From the IMG/VR virus record IMGVR_UViG_3300037808_002146: a stretch of DNA of 64,000 nucleotides; one strand, 5' to 3'. Made by a program: the position numbers and the translations under genes. Below the pieces are notes generated by a model. It did no database searches, was not told the DNA's origin, and saw only the letters and a list, made by a program, of their open reading frames with translations. This document shows positions 45,562 through 55,082 of this stretch, piece by piece; position 1 is the first letter of the stretch; every line of letters begins with the position of its first letter. Source of the stretch: a virus. Its lineage: Duplodnaviria > Caudoviricetes.

Positions 45562-46574
45562 CTTAGTATGTGCGTAGAACTTTCAATTTGAGAAGAGTTA
45601 GATTGAATTATGAATTCCTTCTTAGACATAAACTCTTTTAAATTACGAGCTCCTGAATACGAACAAGCACTAGAAAGTTGTTTTTTCATAAGTTCTATAA
45701 TGTCAAGTACCGAACCTTTAAAAGGGATAGTTGTAGATATCCCTTCGACTGAATTGTGAGTACCCTTCCAATCCCTTTGCGCTTCAACAGAGGCCATCCC
45801 TCTATAAACTTTATATTTCTTACCGTCTTGTGTTGAGAATACTTCACCCGGGGATTCCTCGGTGCCAGCAAACATAGAACCGCACATAACTAAGTCGGCG
45901 CCTGCTGCCAACGCTTTTGCAATATCTCCCGTACTCTTCATGCCACCATCAGCGATTATCAAAGAGTCTCGATCAGTAGCAGCACAATCGAGAACACTTT
46001 GGAGCGTGGGAACGCCATGACCTGTTTGGATTCGTGTTGAACAAATAGAACCACCGCCAATTCCGACACGTATGCTATCGGCTCCCCAGTCAGCTAAATC
46101 GTTAAAGCCTTCGAGCGTTGCAACATTACCGGCCATGATGTGAATATTATCATCGAAAAAATCACGTAAAGATTTCAAGGTAGTTTTCATTAAGGAATGA
46201 TGTCCATGGGCAACATCAACACAAATAACCCGCGCGCCAGCTTCATAGACGCTCGAAGCCCTTTCCTTAAAATCGCCTGATATACCTATTGCTGCGCCTA
46301 CTTGTTTTCTTTCCCCAACGAGAGCTCTACTAACTAGCCTAGATTGTTCTTCTATTGTATTATAACGATGGATTATCCCTAACCCGCCAGAATTAGACAT
46401 CGAAAGAGCCATTAAATCTTCAGTCACAGTATCCATTGGGCTAGATATAAAGGGACATAGTAGATCTAGAAAATCTTCATTCGTATTGACAGAAAGATCT
46501 ATTTCTTTTCGAGAAAGTATTTCTGAATACTTTGGAACTAGTAAAACATCATCAAAAGTAATTGTTTCTCTCAA
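45558..46574 (-). CDS. guaB: IMP dehydrogenase / GMP reductase family, CBS-less
   Basis: [52 protein letters not shown]; IMPDH versus GMPR not resolved. Confidence 0.85.
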   Translation of the reverse strand: MRETITFDDVLLVPKYSEILSRKEIDLSVNTNEDFLDLLCPFISSPMDTVTEDLMALSMSNSGGLGIIHRYNTIEEQSRLVSRALVGERKQVGAAIGISGDFKERASSVYEAGARVICVDVAHGHHSLMKTTLKSLRDFFDDNIHIMAGNVATLEGFNDLADWGADSIRVGIGGGSICSTRIQTGHGVPTLQSVLDCAATDRDSLIIADGGMKSTGDIAKALAAGADLVMCGSMFAGTEESPGEVFSTQDGKKYKVYRGMASVEAQRDWKGTHNSVEGISTTIPFKGSVLDIIELMKKQLSSACSYSGARNLKEFMSKKEFIIQSNSSQIESSTHILR

Positions 46575-46831
46575 TTTTTAACCCTTTCGTACTCATCAGT
46601 TGCGCAAAACTTATAAGTTTTTTGATCGCACAAAATATCGATGACCATTTTTATTTCGGCATATTTTATTTTTTCTATTAGCCATGGTTGTAAGCTATAT
46701 ATAATATCCGATATGTTCTTTTCGTATGGGCCTTTAGTGACTAAACCAATTGACCCTACTTCCATTTCATTATAAAAAGAATTCGGGTTTTTTCTAACTC
46801 TTTTTACTAGATTGTTTTTTTTTATTGACAT
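46571..46831 (-). CDS. hypothetical protein
   Basis: 86 aa, coupled. Confidence 0.55.
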   Translation of the reverse strand: MSIKKNNLVKRVRKNPNSFYNEMEVGSIGLVTKGPYEKNISDIIYSLQPWLIEKIKYAEIKMVIDILCDQKTYKFCATDEYERVKN

Positions 46832-47100
46832 GATTCTTTCATTAGGGAGTATAACGTTTCTCTCGAACCTGTCGCGATAGAAATATTTTCTAAAGCAATT
46901 TCTAATAATTCTGGTTGACCTAAGAAAACCTTACGAACCCAATAGCGATAAACTGACGCTTCGTATATTTCATCCGGCTTTTTAAACTTATCGACTTCTT
47001 CTATCCAGTTAGTTATATCTTCTAGAGATTCGCTAGTTAGATTTGCTGGACACTTTCCGGCTGGTATTAAAACTCTAGCTTTTATGAAATCAAAACTCAT
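46822..47100 (-). CDS. hypothetical protein
   Basis: 92 aa, coupled to def. Confidence 0.55.
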   Translation of the reverse strand: MSFDFIKARVLIPAGKCPANLTSESLEDITNWIEEVDKFKKPDEIYEASVYRYWVRKVFLGQPELLEIALENISIATGSRETLYSLMKESCQ

Positions 47101-47711
47101 TTCTTTTTCGCTTTCCTTATAGATCTTTTCTTTTTCCTGGTTTTTAGTGATTTTGCCTTAGACTTTTCTTCTTTCGTCTGGGCATCACTCGCATTACTCA
47201 AAGTTTTTTCAATCTTATATTTTTTAATCTTCTTGATCAGTCTAGACTTTCTTAGTTGGGATATTTTATCTACAGTCAATATCCCGTCTAGGTGATCAAT
47301 CTCATGCTGGACACAAGCTGAGCTATAGTCTTTAAACCACTTTCTATTTTTGGTACCATCGCTGTTTAACCACTCTACCTCTACTTCCTTAAACCTCGAT
47401 ACTTCTAAAGATATATTCGGTAAAGAAAAGCATGCTTCTTCGAATTTTTTGTTATCTTTAAAATTTAGAATCTTAGGATTGATCATCAGCAAAAGTTCTA
47501 GGCCTGAATTATCTTTGTTTAAAAGTTTTTCGTTAACAGCAATCGCTCTTACATTTAACCCAATTTGTGGAGCAGAGAGTCCGTAGCCTCCTGATACTTT
47601 GAAGGTATCTATTAGATCTCTAATAACTTGAGAATCTTTTTGCAAGTCTAAATCTCTAGACGGAAAATTCAAGGATTTTTCTGGCCATTCTAAAATTCTT
47701 CTATAAACCAT
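47097..47711 (-). CDS. def: peptide deformylase
   Basis: GYGLSAPQIG, EACFS, QHEIDHLDG; Lys-rich tail; start reassigned to MVYRRIL. Confidence 0.93.
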   Translation of the reverse strand: MVYRRILEWPEKSLNFPSRDLDLQKDSQVIRDLIDTFKVSGGYGLSAPQIGLNVRAIAVNEKLLNKDNSGLELLLMINPKILNFKDNKKFEEACFSLPNISLEVSRFKEVEVEWLNSDGTKNRKWFKDYSSACVQHEIDHLDGILTVDKISQLRKSRLIKKIKKYKIEKTLSNASDAQTKEEKSKAKSLKTRKKKRSIRKAKKK

Positions 47712-47861
47712 TTTGTACCTTTGATATCTTCCATGAAACGTAGCAAGTACACGCAATTAAAAAATTAAAAAAAGCTAAATCTTTACTAACCCAATGATAG
47801 TTGATAACGCTCATTACAATGTTTAAGATAGAACAAGGGAGCATCACTTTTTTTATGAAGG

Positions 47862-48173
47862 TCATTGAGCTTCTGTTTTTTTCCTCGACCTACGCCGTGT
47901 AGGTTTAGCTTTCTTTTCGTCTAGAGGCAGCGGATTTTTTGCCTTTACTTTAGGTTGCTGCGCCCTCTTGGGTCTGGGTTTTTCTACCTTAACCTTAGTT
48001 TCGTTAGCAACATTTTCTTCTTTTTCTTTAGAAAAGTATTTTTGCAGCGGAGTAGACATATTCTTCTCAACGCAATAATTTGCTAATTCTTCATCGCTCT
48101 TAATCCCAACTTCTTCGAGAAACTTTGATACTTCAATATTCCCCCTCGCTATAAATCTTTCGAATAAAATCAA
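47862..48173 (-). CDS. basic hypothetical protein
   Basis: Lys/Arg-rich C-terminus. Confidence 0.6.
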   Translation of the reverse strand: MILFERFIARGNIEVSKFLEEVGIKSDEELANYCVEKNMSTPLQKYFSKEKEENVANETKVKVEKPRPKRAQQPKVKAKNPLPLDEKKAKPTRRRSRKKTEAQ

Positions 48174-48189
48174 ACTATATCTCCTTTAT

Positions 48190-48468
48190 CTAGATCATAG
48201 ATTCTTCTTCTAAATACGAGGCAACGCACTCTTGAAATCTAGGATCTCTCGCTACTTTCATAATATCGGTATCGTCCATATCGTATAGTTCGCAAACACC
48301 TACTGCTAATTTCTTCATAGCTTCTAATAGAATGTTTCTAGCTGCTGAATGTCTCATCTTAAACCCACGCTTAGTCATCTCTTCAGCGATGTCTTTATAA
48401 GACATACCTCCGGTTTTTATTACTGTCGCGTATCCATGCTCTGATTTAAACCCTCTTGGCATACTCAT
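48190..48468 (-). CDS. sigma70 region-4.2-like helix-turn-helix protein
   Basis: GMSYKDIAEEM...HSAARNILLEAMKKL resembles the GxSYxEIA...AxxKL HTH; ATGA overlap with the sigma gene. Confidence 0.6.
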   Translation of the reverse strand: MSMPRGFKSEHGYATVIKTGGMSYKDIAEEMTKRGFKMRHSAARNILLEAMKKLAVGVCELYDMDDTDIMKVARDPRFQECVASYLEEESMI

Positions 48469-49232
48469 TTAGCTACTCTCCTAATCTCTCTCATTTGTTC
48501 TTTGGACAAGAAAAAATCCTGTTTATCACTATCGTTAGACTCCCCAATACCGAATCTCAGTCTAATGATATTCTCTTCCCTGCTTGTAAGAGTTTTTAAC
48601 GCAGTTCTCATAACAGCTTTTATCTTAACAGAGTCAAGAATATCCTCTACTGAAGATCCTCTTTCATCAGGTATGATTTCGGCTATCTTTCTACCAGAAC
48701 CGCCTGATCTATCTCTTACATTCGCATCGAGAGAAGTTTGAGAAGAGCATTTTATCATAGACATAAGGGTACTTGTTGGAATGCCGAGTGCTTCAGAAAC
48801 TTCTTCGTAGGAAGGTTTTTGTCCAAACTCTTCGTCAAACTCCTTGATCATTTCATTCATCTTCCAGAGAAGATTCCTCGTATGAGCCGGAAGTTTAATG
48901 TCACTAGCATGACTAGCAACGTGAGTTCTAACGGATTGTTTAATCCACCAGTAAGCATAAGTAGAAAACTTAAATCCTTTCCTCCAATCAAAACGATCAA
49001 CAGCTTTGATTAAGCCCATATTAGATTCCTGGATTAGATCTTCTAAAGAGCAACCTTTACTTTGATATTTCTTTGCGATTGAAATCGCTAATCGTAAATT
49101 AGATTGAATCATTTCATTCTTAGCTCGGCGGTCTCCTGCCTCGATTCTTTTAGCTAAGGTAATCTCTTGTTCACGCGTTAGAAGCGGGTATTTACCAACT
49201 TTCGTAAAGTATGTTTGTAATGCTTCTGACAT
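48465..49232 (-). CDS. sigma70-family RNA polymerase sigma factor lacking region 4.2
   Basis: regions 1.2 (YPLLTREQE), 2 (NLRLAISIAKKY, DLIQESNMGLIKAVDRFD, FSTYAYWWIKQ), 3 and 4.1 (LTSREENIIRLRFGI), then stop. Confidence 0.92.
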   Translation of the reverse strand: MSEALQTYFTKVGKYPLLTREQEITLAKRIEAGDRRAKNEMIQSNLRLAISIAKKYQSKGCSLEDLIQESNMGLIKAVDRFDWRKGFKFSTYAYWWIKQSVRTHVASHASDIKLPAHTRNLLWKMNEMIKEFDEEFGQKPSYEEVSEALGIPTSTLMSMIKCSSQTSLDANVRDRSGGSGRKIAEIIPDERGSSVEDILDSVKIKAVMRTALKTLTSREENIIRLRFGIGESNDSDKQDFFLSKEQMREIRRVAK

Positions 49233-49296
49233 TATTTTAACCTTCCACTAGTTATTAACGAAGAACAAGGACTCATTCCTTGCTCCTTATGTTCTT

Positions 49297-49325
49297 ATTA
49301 TACCACACCCTCAGTTTATTTGCAC
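49297..49325 (-). promoter_or_regulatory. promoter GTGCAA-N17-TATAAT upstream of the sigma gene
   Basis: TCGTGCAAATAAACTGAGGGTGTGGTATAAT. Confidence 0.75.
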
Positions 49326-49337
49326 GATTTTGTTTTT

Positions 49338-49631
49338 TTATTTTCTCACAATTCTGTCGTGAGTCCTTTTTCTCTTAACTCTCTGATCAAACTCTCTTTG
49401 GATATAGCAGATTTCGCATTCTATAGTCTTAGAGGAATTTTCGTCTCTCTTCGATCTAGCTAGCCTAAGATTTTTGTTAAGACGATCGCTAAGAGATCTC
49501 ATCTCATCGTCACTCTTATGTGCTAAGTCTTCCCAATTTACGTTGATAATAATAATAGGATCATTCTTCCTATCTGTTTTCTTACCTTTACTTTTCACTA
49601 TTATTCTCCGAATTTTCAATAACTGCAGCAC
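49338..49631 (-). CDS. hypothetical basic protein
   Basis: likely GTG start near 49598. Confidence 0.5.
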   Translation of the reverse strand: MLQLLKIRRIIVKSKGKKTDRKNDPIIIINVNWEDLAHKSDDEMRSLSDRLNKNLRLARSKRDENSSKTIECEICYIQREFDQRVKRKRTHDRIVRK

Positions 49632-51171
49632 ACCCTACTGAAAGTAGGTTGAGTGCTGCGCTGGTTGCATTTTCTAATGCGCAAATTGCGACTTTAACAG
49701 GATCAATTATCCCATCTTTCATTATATTAGAAATTTTTCCTGTACTAGCATCGTAGCCAGTATTTCCCTTTGTTGACTTAAGTTTTTCCAATATCACTTC
49801 TGGAACATCTCCAGCGTTTTTAGATATTTGATAAAGTGGCATCTTCAAAGAATAAGACAAGATTTGATAACCTATATCTTTGTTTTCAGACAACTTTTCT
49901 GAAATTCTAAAAAACGCTGTGCCGCCGCCAGGAATGATGCCATCTTCTAATGCTACCCTAGTGGCGTTAACAGCATCATCTACCCTATCTCTTCTCTCAT
50001 TTACTTCGCTCTCTGTAGAACCTCCAACATAAATAACCGCTACCCCACTGGTCATTCTCTTTCTACGACGATCTAAAACGTTTCTTTCGTCTAAGGAAAC
50101 ATTTGGCTCTTCGCACCTTAAGGTTATAGAAGCTATCCTTTGATTGACTATCTCTTCATTAGAATTACAGTCGACGAAAACGCTTTTTTCTTTATAAGCT
50201 TTGAAATTTTTGCAACTTCCGAGCATAGAGAAGACCGGCATATTAGGCCAACTATCCGGACTGTCATGAATAAGTTCTGCGCCTAATACTGCTGCTAAGT
50301 CTTCGAGGGATTGCTCTCTAGCTACTCCAAACTCTGGGGCTCTTAAAACACAACACTTGAGGTTTCCTTTAGACTTGTTTAAAATCAACCCTTGCAGTGC
50401 TTCTCCGGTGACATCGTTAGCTATAATCACCAAAGGTCGGTTTTCTTTAACTGACTCTTCCAAGATGGAAATAATGCCCTTCATATGCGTAATATTTTGA
50501 TTCGTTAGCATAATAAGCGGATTCTTAAATTCCACAGTTTGCTTAGATTGGTTAGTTACAAAATATGGAGAAATATAACCTCTATCAATCTGGTAACCAT
50601 CAACTAAAATTAGCTCTGTATTATATCCTTTTGAGTTTTCAACAGAAACGTAACCATGAGATCCTACTTGATTTACAGCTTCGGAGATTATCTCTCCTAA
50701 GTCTTCTTCTCCATTCGCAGAAATAGTAGCTACATTTTTTAAATCTTTTTCATTCCTAATATCGATAGACATATCTTTTAAGTGTTCTACTGATGCTGTC
50801 TTAGCTTCTAGTAAAGACTCTCTCAAATCTCTAATGTTACCACCAGTTCCCAGATACTTTGTCCCTTGCTCAAAAATAGCTTGGGCCAATACCGTAGAAG
50901 TTGTTGTACCATCTCCGGCTACTTCGGCTGTTTGACGAGCAGCTTCTTTGACTACTTGAGCGCCTAGATTCTCAAACCTATCGATTAGATTAATGGCTTC
51001 AGCGACTGTAACTCCATCTTTAGTTAAAATTGGTGGAGCATTTTCGAGTTCTATTAAAACGTTTTGACCTCGAGGGCCCATAGTAATCTTTACAGCACCA
51101 GACAATTTTGAAACACCTGAAAGCAGAGAGTTTCTTAATTCATCTGAATATCTCAATATTCTCTTTTGCAT
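49588..51171 (-). CDS. groEL: chaperonin GroEL-like, divergent
   Basis: TMGPRG, TKDGVTVA, GDGTTT, GIIPGGG, IIDPVKV; no GGM tail. Confidence 0.93.
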   Translation of the reverse strand: MQKRILRYSDELRNSLLSGVSKLSGAVKITMGPRGQNVLIELENAPPILTKDGVTVAEAINLIDRFENLGAQVVKEAARQTAEVAGDGTTTSTVLAQAIFEQGTKYLGTGGNIRDLRESLLEAKTASVEHLKDMSIDIRNEKDLKNVATISANGEEDLGEIISEAVNQVGSHGYVSVENSKGYNTELILVDGYQIDRGYISPYFVTNQSKQTVEFKNPLIMLTNQNITHMKGIISILEESVKENRPLVIIANDVTGEALQGLILNKSKGNLKCCVLRAPEFGVAREQSLEDLAAVLGAELIHDSPDSWPNMPVFSMLGSCKNFKAYKEKSVFVDCNSNEEIVNQRIASITLRCEEPNVSLDERNVLDRRRKRMTSGVAVIYVGGSTESEVNERRDRVDDAVNATRVALEDGIIPGGGTAFFRISEKLSENKDIGYQILSYSLKMPLYQISKNAGDVPEVILEKLKSTKGNTGYDASTGKISNIMKDGIIDPVKVAICALENATSAALNLLSVGCAAVIENSENNSEK

Positions 51172-51173
51172 AT

Positions 51174-51368
51174 TTAACCTTTCAACAAACCTGGTTTTAA
51201 AGAATTTTCTACTACAAAATCAGGTACACTCTGGAGTTGCCTTCTTACCCCAGAGATAGAATTTTCTGCTATGAACAAATCGCCAAACTTGTAAGCTACT
51301 TCTTGTTCGTTTATCATATTAATTTTTCTCAAAAAAGCTTGAGATTCGCTACTTAGTACAACTTTCAT
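51174..51368 (-). CDS. hypothetical protein
   Basis: 64 aa directly upstream of groEL; not GroES-like. Confidence 0.55.
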   Translation of the reverse strand: MKVVLSSESQAFLRKINMINEQEVAYKFGDLFIAENSISGVRRQLQSVPDFVVENSLKPGLLKG

Positions 51369-52176
51369 TTAAAATCCTCTCAAAAGTTTTCCTATATTTT
51401 TGCCATGCTTTTTCTTTAGTCATACTATGAAAATTTAGCTCTATGAACTTTTCTTTTACTTTCTCAAAATCGGAATCTATGCCTCCCATAAATACTTCAG
51501 AAATATTTTTAGGACGACGAAACTTTATTAGAGATCTATTTCTTTCATAGATTTCCCTATTAGATTTTTCTCGATCTAGAAATCCAGATAATTCATTTAA
51601 GTCTCTTGCTAACTTTTCCGCAGTTTTGTCTCCAACGCGAGGGATGCCAGATATATTATCAGAACCGTCGCCCCTAAGAGACTTCCAAGTTAGATAATCA
51701 TAATCTGGAGCTTCTCTCATTTTCTTAGTAATAGGATTATAAAGTTCGCAATTAGGATGTTCTTGAAGTAGCTGAATAAAATCAGTATCTGATGAAACTA
51801 TAACACACTCGTCTTCTTTGTGAGTTTCTAAAACTAGATAAGCAATCAAGTCGTCTGCTTCTAGATTTAAATCTCTACATACCATAATAGGGAAAAAGCT
51901 ATTGACTAAATTCTCTATCTCCCTCTTTTGCGAGAAAAAGTTTTCATCATGCTCCCTAATTCTATTCCCCTTGTATTCCGGAAGTATATCTAGCCTATCA
52001 ACAGGGGCGCCGTCTCTGACAAAATAGCAGGTATCCGGATCGAATTTTTCGATTAGTGGTCTTAAACTTCTAAAGAAAGAGTATATAATTGCAGCGTCGC
52101 CTTCACGAGCGTATTTTGCTGAGTATCTTGCCCTATAGATTAGATTGTTAGCGTCTAAAAGAAGTACTTTTTTCAA
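51349..52176 (-). CDS. 5'-3' exonuclease / flap endonuclease (T4 RNase H / PolI N-domain-like)
   Basis: LLDANN, DG...YKGNR, EADD, SSDTDFIQL, GDGSDNISGIPRVGDKTA. Confidence 0.93.
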   Translation of the reverse strand: MKKVLLLDANNLIYRARYSAKYAREGDAAIIYSFFRSLRPLIEKFDPDTCYFVRDGAPVDRLDILPEYKGNRIREHDENFFSQKREIENLVNSFFPIMVCRDLNLEADDLIAYLVLETHKEDECVIVSSDTDFIQLLQEHPNCELYNPITKKMREAPDYDYLTWKSLRGDGSDNISGIPRVGDKTAEKLARDLNELSGFLDREKSNREIYERNRSLIKFRRPKNISEVFMGGIDSDFEKVKEKFIELNFHSMTKEKAWQKYRKTFERILNESCTK

Positions 52177-52514
52177 ATCTTACTCTCTTCCGGTTTTCTT
52201 TTTGCTGTCTCAAAAGTTTCCTTACATTCAAGCAGCATAGCGTTAACTGCTTGAGTGACGTGTTCATGCAGCTCTTTTTCTAAGTCTTCTAAATCGGAAA
52301 ACATTCTGCAATTATCTTCGTTATACTTAATTCTTTGAGATGATAAATGGTTTGCTTCTCGGTTATATGCTTCTAAAACATACTCCGTTTTTAAACCAGC
52401 TGATATAGTCTCTTTAACTGTTTTTTCTAAAATCCTAGCGGAAAAAATACTTCCAGATTTTTCAAAAAACAAAAATATATAATCTCCAACCTTGTTTACT
52501 TTATTAGTTTTCAA
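52173..52514 (-). CDS. hypothetical protein
   Basis: 113 aa, KVGDYIF start. Confidence 0.55.
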   Translation of the reverse strand: MKTNKVNKVGDYIFLFFEKSGSIFSARILEKTVKETISAGLKTEYVLEAYNREANHLSSQRIKYNEDNCRMFSDLEDLEKELHEHVTQAVNAMLLECKETFETAKRKPEESKI

Positions 52515-53190
52515 CTATTTTCTCCAACTTAAAGGAATATTGCTTTTCTTTTCTATTCCAATTAACAATTCTTTCTAAAGCTTTTTTCTTTTGATACGGT
52601 GGCTTTTTTTCATCTTCAACAACTAGCTTAGCTCTATCGATAATTTCTTGATTTTTATCAACGAAATCCCCAAAGAGCGGGGTACATTTCAACATTGCGT
52701 TAGATTTCTTCATTCTTGATTTCCCACGAGAACCAGACGCGGGTGGGTGAAAATCATCTATGGAGAGTTCTTTAAAATATAATACAGCTGCTTTTTCAAA
52801 ATCTCTATCTACTAGCATGTACAGAAAATCTAAAGTGCCCTTCTTTCTAAGGGTTGCGTAATCGCATTGGAGGGCCCATGTTTTATTGATATGCGGAGAG
52901 GTTATTTTGCATTCGAGTTCTGTGTTAATTTCCCCAATAACAATATCGGGTTGGCCAGATCTTCCGTCGTTGATGACCCCAGAATAGACTTTTGAAAGTT
53001 CTTTAGAAAACTCTTTCTCTTGGATGGAAGACATTAAGATGTTTCTTCTACCGATGTCTGCTTTTATATTCAACCCTTCGGATTCGTAGAGGCTGGAAAG
53101 TTTTTGATTGAAGTCGTACATCCTGCTAAGAGCACGACTGGCCATTTGTTCTGTTAGGTATGTTTCATTCATGTATAAATTATACAACAA
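52504..53190 (-). CDS. PD-(D/E)xK nuclease-like protein
   Basis: GQPDIVI...ELECK; likely start MNETY. Confidence 0.55.
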   Translation of the reverse strand: MLYNLYMNETYLTEQMASRALSRMYDFNQKLSSLYESEGLNIKADIGRRNILMSSIQEKEFSKELSKVYSGVINDGRSGQPDIVIGEINTELECKITSPHINKTWALQCDYATLRKKGTLDFLYMLVDRDFEKAAVLYFKELSIDDFHPPASGSRGKSRMKKSNAMLKCTPLFGDFVDKNQEIIDRAKLVVEDEKKPPYQKKKALERIVNWNRKEKQYSFKLEKIVEN

Positions 53191-53207
53191 AGAGGGATGA
53201 ATTACAC
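53179..53207 (-). promoter_or_regulatory. promoter GTGTAA-N17-TATAAT
   Basis: TCGTGTAATTCATCCCTCTTTGTTGTATAAT. Confidence 0.65.
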
Positions 53208-53210
53208 GAT

Positions 53211-53549
53211 TTAGTTTAGATTTTCTCTTACTTTATTAGATACCTCTCGGCCTTTATCAGCAGCCACGCTTAAAGGTTCAAGGCCGAGCGCTAATCTAAC
53301 TTTATCAAAAGTTTTTGGATCTAAATTATTTTTTAAAGTAGACATATCTGCGTATTGATGTAAATCCATGTCGAAGATAGGTAGCGGGTTTCCATCTTCG
53401 CCGGGTTCAAACTCTCCCGTTTCACGAGACTCAAAAATAAATAAAAAACCAGGCATTTCTTTTCCGACTGGTATTTGTATGAATGGGATGTGAGAGCTTA
53501 GGCCTTCAGAATCTTCTTCGTAGCATATTTCAGGTATCCAATTTTGCAT
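53211..53549 (-). CDS. hypothetical acidic protein
   Basis: 112 aa. Confidence 0.65.
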   Translation of the reverse strand: MQNWIPEICYEEDSEGLSSHIPFIQIPVGKEMPGFLFIFESRETGEFEPGEDGNPLPIFDMDLHQYADMSTLKNNLDPKTFDKVRLALGLEPLSVAADKGREVSNKVRENLN

Positions 53550-53616
53550 AATATTCCTCTACTTTTGTTTTTATTATACACAATAATACAAGCCTGTAAT
53601 TTAATATCACATAAAT

Positions 53617-54849
53617 TTATCTGAATTGAATCACTTTTATTATATCTGAAATTTTCGAAACTATTCTTTCTGCTTCTGAACTTGAATCGCTAAGCTCTTT
53701 TGTCATTTCTTCTATGCTTTCGTATGGAGCTAAGAGAATGCTAGATACTTCTGCCATATCTTTTTGAGTTTCTCTAAAAATCTTGCCGCCATCTTCTTGA
53801 AGATTTGATTTCAACGTATTAAATAGGTAGTCTTCCATCTCCCTTTCGTAATCTTTAGCTGTAACTTTCTCGCCAAGCTTTTTAATTCCTGGAAGTTTTT
53901 TCATTTGCTGCATCAACTTGGACTCTTTAGCTGCTTCTCCCGAATCTTCATCAGCAAATTTTTCTTTTATTTCTTCGTTGCCCCTAGACATTTCCGATTT
54001 GAAGTCTGCTAAGTAGTTACCTAAATCAACTCCGGCAGATTTAGCAGAAGCTACCGCAGCTTCGAGTTGATTATACTCTTTTGCAGACATCAAATCGGAT
54101 AAAGCTTTCATTCTTTCAGGAATTCCCTCATCAACAATTTCTTTTATTGCGTTTTCTTTGATGCTTACAAATTCTTGAAACCCTTTTTCAATTTTGCTTA
54201 AATCAAAATCTAAACCTTGCCTTTTTATTTCAGACTCAATTTCTTTCCCAATATCGATACTCTCTCCACCAACCTCAAGGAGGACATCTAAATGGTCTCT
54301 GCCTAAGGATTCGCCGAAAAATAGATTCTTTAAATCAGCTAGAGCTCCCCTAATGGGTCCACGAGCATCGCCGGTTACTTTTCCGCCCGGGCCGATGCCG
54401 CCTTCTTCTTGGTCTTTCACAGCTAGCCTTTGTTCCTTAAAAACATCGTTTACGAACTTGGCAGCACCAACGCCTTTTTTCAGAGCCTGAACTCCTAGAT
54501 ACGCGGTCGGGTTAGCCATGAAAGCAACTATCTTAGCGTCCGTTCCCATACCATCGGAAACTTTTTTTACAAAATCGGAATGTTCTTTTGCAAACTGTTC
54601 TTGTTTTTGTTGGTATGCATTCAATAGTCTCTGCTTCTTAGTAGTGCTAAAGGTAAACAAAATCCTCATGTTATATAAAACGCCTGTTCCAACGTCTTTG
54701 AGCGTAAGCTTAGCGGCCTTTAGGACATCCGTAAAAGGAGATACAAAGTACTCCATGAATTCGTCATTAGACAAATAGATGCCATATTGAGAACTTTCTT
54801 TTATAATTGACTCTCGAATAAATATTTTAGTAAATTTTTCTTTAATCAT
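53617..54849 (-). CDS. helical protein, possibly head-internal
   Basis: IFIRESIIKE leader and LFFGE/VLLE motifs. Confidence 0.6.
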   Translation of the reverse strand: MIKEKFTKIFIRESIIKESSQYGIYLSNDEFMEYFVSPFTDVLKAAKLTLKDVGTGVLYNMRILFTFSTTKKQRLLNAYQQKQEQFAKEHSDFVKKVSDGMGTDAKIVAFMANPTAYLGVQALKKGVGAAKFVNDVFKEQRLAVKDQEEGGIGPGGKVTGDARGPIRGALADLKNLFFGESLGRDHLDVLLEVGGESIDIGKEIESEIKRQGLDFDLSKIEKGFQEFVSIKENAIKEIVDEGIPERMKALSDLMSAKEYNQLEAAVASAKSAGVDLGNYLADFKSEMSRGNEEIKEKFADEDSGEAAKESKLMQQMKKLPGIKKLGEKVTAKDYEREMEDYLFNTLKSNLQEDGGKIFRETQKDMAEVSSILLAPYESIEEMTKELSDSSSEAERIVSKISDIIKVIQFR

Positions 54850-55078
54850 GATTACTCTCTAACTTCAATTTTATGCCTGTTTCTCCGTAATAAATATCAA
54901 TCATTTTTCTTTCGAAACTATTTAGACTTTGTTTTTTAGTTTTAGGATCCCTAGTGCTAAAGCTTCTCCTCATCCGAGGGGGAATAGACTTTAACATAAC
55001 TTTCTTAAAATCCATCCAATTTTTATTATCTTCAAGAACTAAAAAAGCAAATTTTATATACTCTCTGTATTCTTCCAC
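54842..55078 (-). CDS. hypothetical protein
   Basis: 78 aa, coupled. Confidence 0.6.
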   Translation of the reverse strand: MEEYREYIKFAFLVLEDNKNWMDFKKVMLKSIPPRMRRSFSTRDPKTKKQSLNSFERKMIDIYYGETGIKLKLESNHD

Positions 55079-55082
55079 TTTA

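Noticed and set aside
51174-51368. GroES
   Set aside because: It is too short and lacks the PLxDRV and mobile-loop motifs.
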